Shown: piece by piece, positions 46,701-55,139 of the stretch | Position numbering within the stretch: position 1 is the first letter of the stretch | How the letters are laid out: every line of letters starts with the position of its first letter | DNA from: a virus | Virus record (IMG/VR): IMGVR_UViG_3300023179_000001 | Span: 1 to 64,000 of that record | DNA length: 64,000 nucleotides | Reading direction: 5' to 3' (one strand) | Program-made: the position numbers and the translations under genes | The notes under the pieces: generated by a model | What the model was told of the DNA's origin: nothing | Databases searched by the model: none | Seen by the model: only the letters and a program-made list of their open reading frames with translations

Positions 46701-48113
46701 TTAAGCCTTATCCTGAATGGGTGTCTTGATGCTGAAAGCCTTTTTCAACTTCTCTCGCTTGGCTTCTTTCTTTTCATTGATTTGATCAAGTAGCTTTTTG
46801 GTTTGAGTGATTCTGGCTTTACAGATTTCAAAGTATTCAGCTTCTTTTTCAATTCCAATAAATCCAAAGCCTTCTTTGAGGGATGCGACACCAGTTGTTC
46901 CTGAGCCCATGAACGGGTCTAAAACAATGCCGTTCGATGGAGTGATTAGCCGTGTCAAGTAGCGCATGAGTTTGATGGGCTTTACGGTTGGATGGTGATT
47001 GCCAGCCCTCTCTCGGCCATCATGATCTGGAAATTTTCCTGATAAATCAGGGCTATTTGGCCTTGCATCGCTGCGTTTTTTTAGTTGAGTGAAAGTATCC
47101 AAACCAGCATTTCTTTCGCCTGATGATATTTTAGCGCAGTAAAAAAAGCGTGATGCTCCAGTTGGCAAATCGGGCTGATAATATCTAGGCTTCCCAAGAG
47201 TGCTTCCAGCTTTGCCAAACACTTTGTTTTCTACTCGTGGCTGACCAGTTAATTCGCCAGTTTTACATGGGCCACTTTGATCATTTAATAATTTCACTGC
47301 ACATTCATCGGTGCATTGATCTTCTTTACACTCTGCATCGTGCGATAAAACTAGGTTTGAGGGAAATCGGCCTTGAGTCGCCTGAATATACGGGGCTCGA
47401 TTTGAAGTCTTGTAGCCAGAAGGAGAATTGTAGTCAGTTTTGTTTATTCCCCTTCCAGCTTGTAGCTTCTCTTCTGTCCCAATTCTACTCCCATCAATAT
47501 TTATTCCCCCTGTCCCATGCTTCAATACATTTAATGCGACACTTTTTTCTTCAATGGGCTTTCGGATTAAAAACCAGAATTCGACTGCGGGCTTTAGTGC
47601 TGTACCCCATCCATCCCACTGCTTTGCTTCATCTGTAGCTGGAGCGGTAATGTCCATTGTTGTTTTGCCCTGAGCCCACGGCCTTTCCCATCCTTCATTG
47701 CACTTTGTTGCACTGGGTGTTTTTTTAATTGTTAAAACAATTTCTCTTTCCGATCCCTGCATTTTATCTATAGCTTTTGAAATATCTAAAGACTTCGGGA
47801 AGCCTTGCCCGAATAAATGAGAAACCACGTCCCTCACTTCAAAGCCAGAATTCTCAAGAGCCATCCCCGTCCAATGCGAAGTCCTTGGAATAGCCCACAC
47901 AAGCCCATGGGCTCCTGGTTTTAAAACACGCCTACATTCTTTCATCACTTTACTTAACCATAAGATCCAAAGATCCCTGTGGCCTTTATCTTCATCCCAC
48001 CCTTTACCCATAAAAGCTATTCCTGCTGGCGGATCTGACACCAGGGAATCCACTGAATTATCTGGAAGTGATTTTAGAACCTGTAGGCAATCGCCTTTAA
48101 GTAGCTTTATCAT
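46701..48113 (-). CDS. N6/N4 DNA methyltransferase (beta class)
   Basis: GDCLQVL, SDPPA, HPTVKP, LDPFMGSGTT. Confidence 0.9.
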   Translation of the reverse strand: MIKLLKGDCLQVLKSLPDNSVDSLVSDPPAGIAFMGKGWDEDKGHRDLWILWLSKVMKECRRVLKPGAHGLVWAIPRTSHWTGMALENSGFEVRDVVSHLFGQGFPKSLDISKAIDKMQGSEREIVLTIKKTPSATKCNEGWERPWAQGKTTMDITAPATDEAKQWDGWGTALKPAVEFWFLIRKPIEEKSVALNVLKHGTGGINIDGSRIGTEEKLQAGRGINKTDYNSPSGYKTSNRAPYIQATQGRFPSNLVLSHDAECKEDQCTDECAVKLLNDQSGPCKTGELTGQPRVENKVFGKAGSTLGKPRYYQPDLPTGASRFFYCAKISSGERNAGLDTFTQLKKRSDARPNSPDLSGKFPDHDGRERAGNHHPTVKPIKLMRYLTRLITPSNGIVLDPFMGSGTTGVASLKEGFGFIGIEKEAEYFEICKARITQTKKLLDQINEKKEAKREKLKKAFSIKTPIQDKA

Positions 48114-49008
48114 TACTTTCCTCTGAAGTTGTTGATTCTAAAGACTTTTTTTCTCTTCTATAGTTTATAAATTCTAAGATTTGATCGTATGATAGCTGCT
48201 GGGCAAGCTGCTCAACATGGGTGACACCTGGATTGCCTGGCTGCTGAATATTGATTTGCAGGTTGTTCTGTATAACCTGCTCGCTCTTCATCTGGTTAAT
48301 CTTTTCAATCAGTTGGGCCATCCCACTTTCATCGTTTGGAAGTCCCATCGCCCTTCTATAAATCTGTTGAGCTTTCTCAATCGCTGTTGCCAAGTTCATG
48401 ATGTCAGAACTTCGTAGTGGCAATACGGTTCTCTTTACGTTGCCGTCCTTGTCTGTCTTTACTATTTCGATGCTGCCGTTTGATAGCATTTCGATTGCAC
48501 GAGCTAATGCTATATTGGCTCCACTGATATGACGCTCTTGATTCTCTGCGATTAAATCGACCTGTCTCTTTACTAAATCGCTAGTAATCCCATCTAACAA
48601 TTTTTCTCTTTCAGCATCCCACTCAGGCTTAGGAGCATGAACCATGATTTGATTGTATTGCTTATGTGAAAGACCTCGAACATTGATTAGATAATCTCTG
48701 ATTGATGTTGATGAATACTTCGTTGCCCATTCCACTTTCAATAAATGCGTTGCCCAGCCAGTTAAATCCTGACCACCTATTTCTAACAGCGATTCCTTCG
48801 TAACCACTTTATCTGCGGAAATATCTAAAACAGCGTGCATTGGTTTATCTGCTTCAGTGTATTCCACTTGCACTGGCTCGCTTGTTTCAACTATCATTTC
48901 TTCAGGCACTTCATCTGCGATACGAAACGCATCTAAAATTCTTTTTTCTTTTTCTTCTTTGTTCTTTTTAGCGATGCCCTGTATTTTTTTCTTGTCTCTA
49001 TGTGTCAT
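48097..49008 (-). CDS. Probable terminase small subunit
   Basis: Helical protein upstream of terL (two MTases between); start moved to ATG 49008; positional inference. Confidence 0.5.
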   Translation of the reverse strand: MTHRDKKKIQGIAKKNKEEKEKRILDAFRIADEVPEEMIVETSEPVQVEYTEADKPMHAVLDISADKVVTKESLLEIGGQDLTGWATHLLKVEWATKYSSTSIRDYLINVRGLSHKQYNQIMVHAPKPEWDAEREKLLDGITSDLVKRQVDLIAENQERHISGANIALARAIEMLSNGSIEIVKTDKDGNVKRTVLPLRSSDIMNLATAIEKAQQIYRRAMGLPNDESGMAQLIEKINQMKSEQVIQNNLQINIQQPGNPGVTHVEQLAQQLSYDQILEFINYRREKKSLESTTSEESNDKAT

Positions 49009-49065
49009 AATATGATTGAGTATGAAATGATAATACCACTGATTTTTCTGATTTTTCACCTAATT

Positions 49066-49092
49066 TAAGCGAGTGATTTGATTCACCGATAA
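49066..49092 (+). promoter_or_regulatory. Sigma28-type promoter candidate TAAG-N15-ACCGATAA
   Basis: Directly upstream of the AGGAG RBS of the only plus-strand gene. Confidence 0.55.
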
Positions 49093-49110
49093 AGTAGTAG
49101 GAGAACAGGC

Positions 49111-49311
49111 ATGAGAATAAATCTAAAAAGCACCGATGAAATTGAAAGGTTTGAAACTGAAGTAAGCTTTAAGTCAGAGCAATGGGAAGATGTATGCGAT
49201 AGGTTTTTAAGTTTCTTACAAGGTTGTGGCTACAATCTGAAAGGTGAAGATTTGGCTAATTACTTTAGTGAGCAGTATCTTTTTTCTCGTGGGAAGAGCT
49301 TAGAAGAGTAA
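49111..49311 (+). CDS. Small conserved-type phage protein; only credible plus-strand gene
   Basis: AGGAG RBS; FLSFLQGCGY motif; occupies a gap with no minus-strand ORF. Confidence 0.75.
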   Translation: MRINLKSTDEIERFETEVSFKSEQWEDVCDRFLSFLQGCGYNLKGEDLANYFSEQYLFSRGKSLEE

Positions 49312-49566
49312 TCAATCAATCCACTCTGTCTCATCAATTTTGGTTTCAATTAACGCATCAAGTTGTTTTTGATCTTGGTCTGAAAGCTGAACATCGCTGA
49401 GCATCTCTGTCCTAACATCATCCAATAGCCATGCTCCTACTCCTCTATTCCCATCTGCGTCTGAGCCGTAGCTAGGATCGTAAACGCAAAGGACTTCGAT
49501 GCTTACAGGGATTTTTTGGTTTGATAGTTCAAAAATGAACTCTTTTTTGGTTTGGATTCTTTTCAT
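49312..49566 (-). CDS. Hypothetical protein
   Basis: YDPSYGSDADGNRG; start moved to the ATG with GGAG RBS. Confidence 0.65.
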   Translation of the reverse strand: MKRIQTKKEFIFELSNQKIPVSIEVLCVYDPSYGSDADGNRGVGAWLLDDVRTEMLSDVQLSDQDQKQLDALIETKIDETEWID

Positions 49567-49571
49567 AAAGT

Positions 49572-49862
49572 CTAATCTCCTCTTTGCTTGGAAACCTTTT
49601 CCCACGCCAATTCTGCCGCATTGCCGAACTGTTTTTTGTATTCAAAGAACTGTTCTACTTTTGTAAATTTGTGGATGACTTTGTAACATCTATCGCAAAC
49701 GCAGATTGCATGATCATCCCAGCCTAGAGTATCAGTCAAAGGGTGCCCCTTGGGATCGACCCCAGCACTCTTTCCACAGCAATAGCATGGATTAACCAAT
49801 CCATACCTGCCCTTGCTTCTATATTCTTTGTCTTGTCGGACTCTTTGTTTTCTGGTTCTCAT
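49572..49862 (-). CDS. Cys-rich hypothetical protein
   Basis: CYCC...CDRC. Confidence 0.65.
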   Translation of the reverse strand: MRTRKQRVRQDKEYRSKGRYGLVNPCYCCGKSAGVDPKGHPLTDTLGWDDHAICVCDRCYKVIHKFTKVEQFFEYKKQFGNAAELAWEKVSKQRGD

Positions 49863-49921
49863 TTTGGAAATTCCTATATTGAATACTTACTGCTACCAGT
49901 TCTCAATCGCTGAATAGTTAC

Positions 49922-50425
49922 TTATGCCGATTCTTTTTCGATAGCCAGTTTGAGCTTATTTTCTAAACTCTGTAGGTAATTCACTTCAGCTTCATTTCCG
50001 GCCTTAAAGTAAAAGGTTTTTTTATCTTTGGTAAAGTTGAGAAGTTTCTCCAGATCATAGATAGTCAGTTTTGTTTTACGATACAGTCTTTTTTTATCAT
50101 TTGAACCGTCCTTTCTTACGAATCTTAGGAAATTGAGCATTCTTTTAATTTCTTCAATGGGGGTTTTTACACTGTTTCTTTTATTGAGTCCGATTAGAAT
50201 ACCGTTTCCTAAGAAGGGCTGGTGCGCTCCTTTGACTAGGAAACCTGATTCATAACCCTTAAAGAGTCCCTCTTCATCGCAGAAGAATGTATCTCCATTA
50301 TTGAGTTGGTGAGCCGCCTCTATGTATCCACCTACTGCTTTTTGAGCAAACGATAGGGATTCGTGTTCTTGGATTTCGGCTTCTGTAACTTCGCAAGTTT
50401 CTGAGTTAATGAGATATACCTTCAT
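49922..50425 (-). CDS. DUF3846-like protein with C-terminal extension
   Basis: QKAVGGYIE...CDEEGLFK...GNGILIG. Confidence 0.65.
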   Translation of the reverse strand: MKVYLINSETCEVTEAEIQEHESLSFAQKAVGGYIEAAHQLNNGDTFFCDEEGLFKGYESGFLVKGAHQPFLGNGILIGLNKRNSVKTPIEEIKRMLNFLRFVRKDGSNDKKRLYRKTKLTIYDLEKLLNFTKDKKTFYFKAGNEAEVNYLQSLENKLKLAIEKESA

Positions 50426-50442
50426 TTGGGTTACTCCTTTAA

Positions 50443-50682
50443 TTAAATTGAATACTTATCAATAACCGCTTGGATTTCTTCTGTGAGTTTTTCGAGATCC
50501 ACATAAGAAACGGCAGCCTTTAGTTCAATTTCGATTTCCGTGTCCAGCAGTGGAGTGTCTGGGAATCTCTCAGCGATTGCCGTCCCTTTTAGATTGCGAG
50601 TTGTAATAGATACTTTGGCGTACTTTCGAGAGCATCCGATATTGTGATACCCCTCTGCAAAGCATTCGCTACATTTATTCAT
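50443..50682 (-). CDS. Hypothetical protein
   Basis: CSEC..H..C N-terminus; AAGGA RBS. Confidence 0.6.
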   Translation of the reverse strand: MNKCSECFAEGYHNIGCSRKYAKVSITTRNLKGTAIAERFPDTPLLDTEIEIELKAAVSYVDLEKLTEEIQAVIDKYSI

Positions 50683-50902
50683 GGGAGTTTTCCTTTGTCA
50701 CCTTATCTGCAAACTCTTCGTCGTAATCTCTTTCGTCCAAGGCTTCTGGATCATAGTTCAGCTTGGCTTGGAGTTGCCTTAATCGCTCGATATAACTTCT
50801 TTGAACTGAAATTCTCCACTGTGCGTCCTTAATTTCATCGCTTGCGGCTGACACGAGCATTTCAAAAGTGTTTGCCTTTTTTTGATCGTTTAAGTTTTTC
50901 AT
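50675..50902 (-). CDS. Hypothetical coiled-coil protein
   Basis: GAGG RBS; coupled to neighbours. Confidence 0.65.
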   Translation of the reverse strand: MKNLNDQKKANTFEMLVSAASDEIKDAQWRISVQRSYIERLRQLQAKLNYDPEALDERDYDEEFADKVTKENSHE

Positions 50903-51141
50903 CTTTGACCTCGGATTCTGCTAACGCATTCTAGGACTACTGAGGACAAAACCACGTTTTGATGAACAGTGCCCGAAAGAATCGCTTGTCTTTCGTTTTC
51001 GTATTTGGAGCCCTGAAAAAACGCAATCAACTCTTCTCGCATAACCTTAACCGCAATCTCCATATTGCTTTGATTGATTACACCAGACTGAGCCACTGCG
51101 ACCATCAACCCGTTTGCCAATTTTTTGATTTCTCGTTCCAT
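50899..51141 (-). CDS. Hypothetical early protein
   Basis: Start MEREIKK with GGAGG RBS just downstream of promoter P1. Confidence 0.7.
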   Translation of the reverse strand: MEREIKKLANGLMVAVAQSGVINQSNMEIAVKVMREELIAFFQGSKYENERQAILSGTVHQNVVLSSVVLECVSRIRGQR

Positions 51142-51170
51142 TTTTCCTCCAATCTCAATCCCACAATTAC

Positions 51171-51200
51171 ATAGTATCACAATGTAACACACTGCATCAA
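51171..51200 (-). promoter_or_regulatory. Early sigma70 promoter P1 with operator
   Basis: TTGATG-18-TACTAT, extended TG, spacer CAGTGTgttACATTG. Confidence 0.8.
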
Positions 51201-51208
51201 GGGATCAA

Positions 51209-51352
51209 TTATGAAGATTGTGAAGGTTTTTCTGCCTGAAGGAGAATGTGCCTGACATAGTTGGAAAGAGACCTATTCTGCTTATCCGCTTGTTTCTTGA
51301 GCTTTGCTAGAAGCTCTTTCTCTAGCCGCACATGAATGATTGTTGTTTTCAT
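51209..51352 (-). CDS. Ribbon-helix-helix (CopG/Arc-like) repressor, 47 aa (absent from the ORF track)
   Basis: MKTTIIHVRLEKELLAKLKKQADKQNRSLSNYVRHILLQAEKPSQSS; GAGGT RBS. Confidence 0.85.
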   Translation of the reverse strand: MKTTIIHVRLEKELLAKLKKQADKQNRSLSNYVRHILLQAEKPSQSS

Positions 51353-51361
51353 AACGACCTC

Positions 51362-51982
51362 TTAATGGTCAATCTCTTTGACCACTTTTTCTGTGTGTAC
51401 TTTTTGAGCAATAGCCCTAGCTTCACTTTGCTTTTTATATCGCATTAAACGCTCGCTAATCTTATCTTCAGTGAATTGGGTGGGGTACTCATCGCCAAGC
51501 TTTTCCACGACCTCATACCAGTCTGGAGTACCACTCTCTATTGAACTACTAGAACCTTCAACCGCCAAGATGACCTCTGCGGTGTTGGCATCAACTAATC
51601 GCAAAAATTGAACGCACTGTTTGGATAATCGCTGAGTGAATAGGCTTTGCTTCAGGTAGCAATCAACATGAGGGACTAAAATGGCTCCGACCCCGTATAA
51701 CTGTCCCCATTGAGCCCATTTCTGTTCATCCGAGAATCGGTCTGAATCATTGCGATGCTCCCTGTCCTGCTCCTTTTTAATCGCTGAAAAGCCATCTTTG
51801 CGGTCGATCACTGTCCACTTATCAGCTTTAACCAGAGCAGTTTGGAGCCTAACGTGTTGTGCCTCATCGACCTTATCGGGATCGACCATCAATCTCATGT
51901 TTTTATCGCTATAACGGGTTCTCACTTCGGTCGAACTACAAGCTGAGAGCAAAACCAAGCCTATTACAATAAAAGTGTTCAT
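51362..51982 (-). CDS. Lipoprotein, CsgG/penicillin-binding-activator-like fold
   Basis: Signal peptide and lipobox MNTFIVIGLVLLSAC; WTVIDRK..AIKKEQ...GQLYGVGAIL...LRLVDANTAEVI. Confidence 0.7.
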   Translation of the reverse strand: MNTFIVIGLVLLSACSSTEVRTRYSDKNMRLMVDPDKVDEAQHVRLQTALVKADKWTVIDRKDGFSAIKKEQDREHRNDSDRFSDEQKWAQWGQLYGVGAILVPHVDCYLKQSLFTQRLSKQCVQFLRLVDANTAEVILAVEGSSSSIESGTPDWYEVVEKLGDEYPTQFTEDKISERLMRYKKQSEARAIAQKVHTEKVVKEIDH

Positions 51983-51995
51983 ATGCACCTCCTTA

Positions 51996-52415
51996 TCACC
52001 AAGAAGCACGATAATAATAATCCATCCGTTTATCGAGGCTGGATATTATCTCGATAGTTTTCCTTAAATCTTCAAAGTAATACTCATCTACGTCCGTTGA
52101 ACCGAAAAAAAAGCCCTCTGTGGGCGGCAGTAGGGAAGCGTCTTTGGTTTTTAGTACCTTTTTACAAAGCGATTGTAGTTCAAGCAGCTTGCTATAAGGC
52201 ACATAATACTCTTTGCAATCGTCATTACCGTCTTGGACTTGATCGACGAACCATTTGTGAATCATATTCGCCTTTCTCCAATAGCCCACCTCTTCAACAA
52301 TGTATGAAACTTTTTCGACATCTACAGATTTTGATTTTTGTAGCAGCAATTTTAGCTCTAAATTGTCCGAATACTTAACATAGGTTCTTTTGTGTAAATA
52401 CATATCCAATCCCAT
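51996..52415 (-). CDS. Conserved phage hypothetical protein
   Basis: MGLDMYL...GYWRKANMIHKWF...LPPTEGFFFGS...YYRASW. Confidence 0.8.
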   Translation of the reverse strand: MGLDMYLHKRTYVKYSDNLELKLLLQKSKSVDVEKVSYIVEEVGYWRKANMIHKWFVDQVQDGNDDCKEYYVPYSKLLELQSLCKKVLKTKDASLLPPTEGFFFGSTDVDEYYFEDLRKTIEIISSLDKRMDYYYRASW

Positions 52416-52424
52416 AACGACCTC

Positions 52425-52727
52425 CTATAAGTGTGTATAAAGACCTGTAACCTCAGTAAAAATGATTTGAAGATCCTCTGCGTAAACGTCTTCAAACTTC
52501 TTAATTTCCTTTAAAATCCCTTTAGCGCAGTAGATGAAGGTCATTTCGTACAAGTCCTTCCCGTAGTTGTATTCGATTTTAATTAGGTTAATCCTGGTTG
52601 AATTGCGGCCTATTTTAAAGAACAGTCCCTTTTCTGAGCCCACAAAGTTTTTGGCTCCCGTCATCGCTATAAACCGATTACCGCCTAGTTGGGAAAGGAT
52701 TGTTTTGGCTATTGTTAAGTCACTCAT
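52425..52727 (-). CDS. Conserved phage early protein
   Basis: TILSQLGGNRFIAMTGAKNF...FTEVTGLYTHL; GGAGG RBS. Confidence 0.8.
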   Translation of the reverse strand: MSDLTIAKTILSQLGGNRFIAMTGAKNFVGSEKGLFFKIGRNSTRINLIKIEYNYGKDLYEMTFIYCAKGILKEIKKFEDVYAEDLQIIFTEVTGLYTHL

Positions 52728-52746
52728 ATTTCCTCCATCCAATTAC

Positions 52747-52776
52747 ATACTAACACAATGTAACACATTGCGTCAA
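52747..52776 (-). promoter_or_regulatory. Early sigma70 promoter P2 with perfect palindromic operator
   Basis: TTGACG-18-TAGTAT, extended TG, spacer CAATGTgttACATTG. Confidence 0.85.
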
Positions 52777-52816
52777 GGAGAATCAGTGAACGTAATTCAC
52801 TAATTGAATGATACTG

Positions 52817-53059
52817 CTATTTTCGGTGCAGGAGGGTGACTGTTTTGATTGTGCTTTTAAGAACGGTGTGAGAGTCGATGTTGGTGTAATCCGTTTCATC
52901 TGTGAGCCAGGAAGCCAAATAATAGGCATCCTTGTCTTCATTTATAATCTCTCCAATCGCTCGGCATACGACTGGTGGAACCATCCCACCTGTGGTGCAA
53001 ACATGATCTAGGAAAGTGATTTCAACCAAATTTCCTTTTTTTAACAAATTCTTTTTCAT
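52817..53059 (-). CDS. Hypothetical protein
   Basis: LVEITFLDH...AIGEII; coupled to the upstream gene. Confidence 0.65.
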   Translation of the reverse strand: MKKNLLKKGNLVEITFLDHVCTTGGMVPPVVCRAIGEIINEDKDAYYLASWLTDETDYTNIDSHTVLKSTIKTVTLLHRK

Positions 53060-53808
53060 GGTTGGTATACCGTATTGTTGAAGAAGGCCGAGTAAACCCC
53101 TTTACGCATTTGCAGTGACACCAACTGATGATAAAAAGTTCCGTTTTGTTTGTGATATGTGATTCCAAATCCGTGAGTCCAATCGCTAATGTCGAGTATG
53201 TACTCCGCAGCTTTTAGCTGATTGCCAAGCCAGCCGATGTTGAGGCCAACAAAATCATCTCCATGGGCATTTTGGATGTGATACTCCTGAATTTTGTGAG
53301 TGTGCCCAAAAATAACAGAGCTTCGAAATTTTTTAACCATCGCTGCTGCTGGGTTTTCTCCTGCCCTGGAACCATGGACACAAACTAGATTTCCAATTTT
53401 ATACATCCCCGACTGCCCGTAAGGGACATACAGAATGTCTTTTGGAAGGCCCATGATTTCTTCGTTCTTAAAGATTCCAGCAAGCTTCGGTGCGTGGTTT
53501 GCGATATAAGAAATTAAACGCCTTTCGTGATTTCCTTCGAGATAGACAACTTTTTTGTGAGGCACTGTACTCAACAAATCATCTAACGCTCCTCTTGCCT
53601 CAGACATTTCGTCTTTCCAAGTTTTCCAATCCATCATAGGGTCTTTAACGTGACGAGAGACCGAATAGTAGTCGAAAAAATCTCCGTGAATTATGACTTC
53701 TGATGGTTTCAGATCTTTGCCAATATCGAGAAGAATTTTCCAAGCTGCTTTATTGACAAACGGGTGGTGACAATCTGAAACGTGTAATACTCTTTTTAGA
53801 AGAGACAC
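53056..53808 (-). CDS. Calcineurin-like metallophosphoesterase
   Basis: SDCH, GDFFD, GNHE, HG, GHTH. Confidence 0.9.
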   Translation of the reverse strand: MSLLKRVLHVSDCHHPFVNKAAWKILLDIGKDLKPSEVIIHGDFFDYYSVSRHVKDPMMDWKTWKDEMSEARGALDDLLSTVPHKKVVYLEGNHERRLISYIANHAPKLAGIFKNEEIMGLPKDILYVPYGQSGMYKIGNLVCVHGSRAGENPAAAMVKKFRSSVIFGHTHKIQEYHIQNAHGDDFVGLNIGWLGNQLKAAEYILDISDWTHGFGITYHKQNGTFYHQLVSLQMRKGVYSAFFNNTVYQP

Positions 53809-53898
53809 ATTTTACTCCAGACTTTTGGTTGTTATAGTTTTTGATTTCCCCAAGAAACAAACAAATTGTACTGAAAGCGAACCAAAAAACGAGACACA

Positions 53899-54138
53899 CT
53901 ACGTCTTTTTACTTTTGGTTCTGGTTTCCAATCTCATTTTTTTAATAAGATCTGGAGGTGTTGCCATCGTATCTTGATAAATAAGAACCTGACACTCTCG
54001 ATCTTCTTTATCAACAAACTCAAATTTTACTGAAAAGTAGAACTTGTCCTCTCCCTTCGTAATCGTTACGAATTCAGGAGATTCTTTTTCGATATACTGC
54101 ATCAGCATATACAGATCAGCAGTTTTAATTTTTATCAT
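53899..54138 (-). CDS. Hypothetical protein
   Basis: GGGG RBS. Confidence 0.6.
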   Translation of the reverse strand: MIKIKTADLYMLMQYIEKESPEFVTITKGEDKFYFSVKFEFVDKEDRECQVLIYQDTMATPPDLIKKMRLETRTKSKKT

Positions 54139-54186
54139 TCAATTTCCCCAAGTTTGAACAATAAACTTGAACAATAGCCTTATCGG

Positions 54187-54297
54187 TTACTTCTTTTTCT
54201 TTCTAAGCAACCAAGCCGCAAGGCCAGTAACAGCACTGCCGACGGCAGCACCAACACCAAAAATTACCAAGGGGACAATCGCCAAATCACTCATCAT
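54187..54297 (-). CDS. 36-aa single-TM peptide (absent from the ORF track)
   Basis: MMSDLAIVPLVIFGVGAAVGSAVTGLAAWLLRKKKK; GGAG RBS. Confidence 0.7.
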   Translation of the reverse strand: MMSDLAIVPLVIFGVGAAVGSAVTGLAAWLLRKKKK

Positions 54298-54331
54298 GGG
54301 GTTCTCCAATAAGGTTGTACATATAACTTTG

Positions 54332-55048
54332 TCACACTATTTTGGTTTTCTCAATTCTCTCTTTCATCCAAGTACAATATTGTTTGCTTATGTCGCAGGT
54401 TATAAAATTGCGTCCCAATGCCTTTGCTACTGCGGCTGTTGTGCCACTACCACCAAACGGATCAAAGACCAAATCTCCTTTATTTGTGCAAGCATCTATA
54501 GCTCTGCCTGGTAAATCTATAGGGAATGGCGCAGGGTGTTTGGATTTCTGTACCGTAGATGCAGTCCACACTGATTTCACCGAAGTTGTGAAAAGGTTTT
54601 TATCTCCAAAAACCCAAATCATCTCGTGAAAATAAATAATTTTGTTTTTAGGGAAAGGAATAGCGTTTGGCTTATCCCAAACTATCTGACCAATAGCCTT
54701 CTTGGGATCAACTCCATAAGATCGCTCAAATTGCTTGGATGGAACATTCCAGAATACCAACCCAGACTTTTCACAAAGCAGTTGTAACCACTTCTCATAC
54801 GTTTCTTCGGGGACGAAAGCGTCGTCGTGATTGTCGTACTCTTTGTAACGAAAACGAAACTCACGGGGCAAATGACTTTTTGTAGGAGTTTCTGCGCTCA
54901 TCACTTTACCCACACCGTAAGGCGGTGACGTAAACGTAAGCCTTGGCCTACACTGCATCTTTTGAAGAACACCCTCTATCGAGCCATGAATGACGCAATT
55001 TAACTGGTGCCCATCCCACTCCTGTAAGCTAAAAATTGGGACATTCAT
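54332..55048 (-). CDS. DNA methyltransferase (N4-C/N6-A)
   Basis: TSPPY, HPAPFP, FDPFGGSGTT; start approximate. Confidence 0.88.
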   Translation of the reverse strand: MNVPIFSLQEWDGHQLNCVIHGSIEGVLQKMQCRPRLTFTSPPYGVGKVMSAETPTKSHLPREFRFRYKEYDNHDDAFVPEETYEKWLQLLCEKSGLVFWNVPSKQFERSYGVDPKKAIGQIVWDKPNAIPFPKNKIIYFHEMIWVFGDKNLFTTSVKSVWTASTVQKSKHPAPFPIDLPGRAIDACTNKGDLVFDPFGGSGTTAAVAKALGRNFITCDISKQYCTWMKERIEKTKIV

Positions 55049-55139
55049 TAGAAAAAGCAAACACAAATGCAGCCAAAAACAAAACCGTGGCGGCTAAAGT
55101 TAGAACCACCACGGTAGATAATTCCTCTTCACTCATCAT
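55029..55139 (-). CDS. 36-aa single-TM peptide (absent from the ORF track)
   Basis: MMSEEELSTVVVLTLAATVLFLAAFVFAFSNECPNF; GAGG RBS; ATGA coupling to the ParB gene. Confidence 0.55.
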   Translation of the reverse strand: MMSEEELSTVVVLTLAATVLFLAAFVFAFSNECPNF

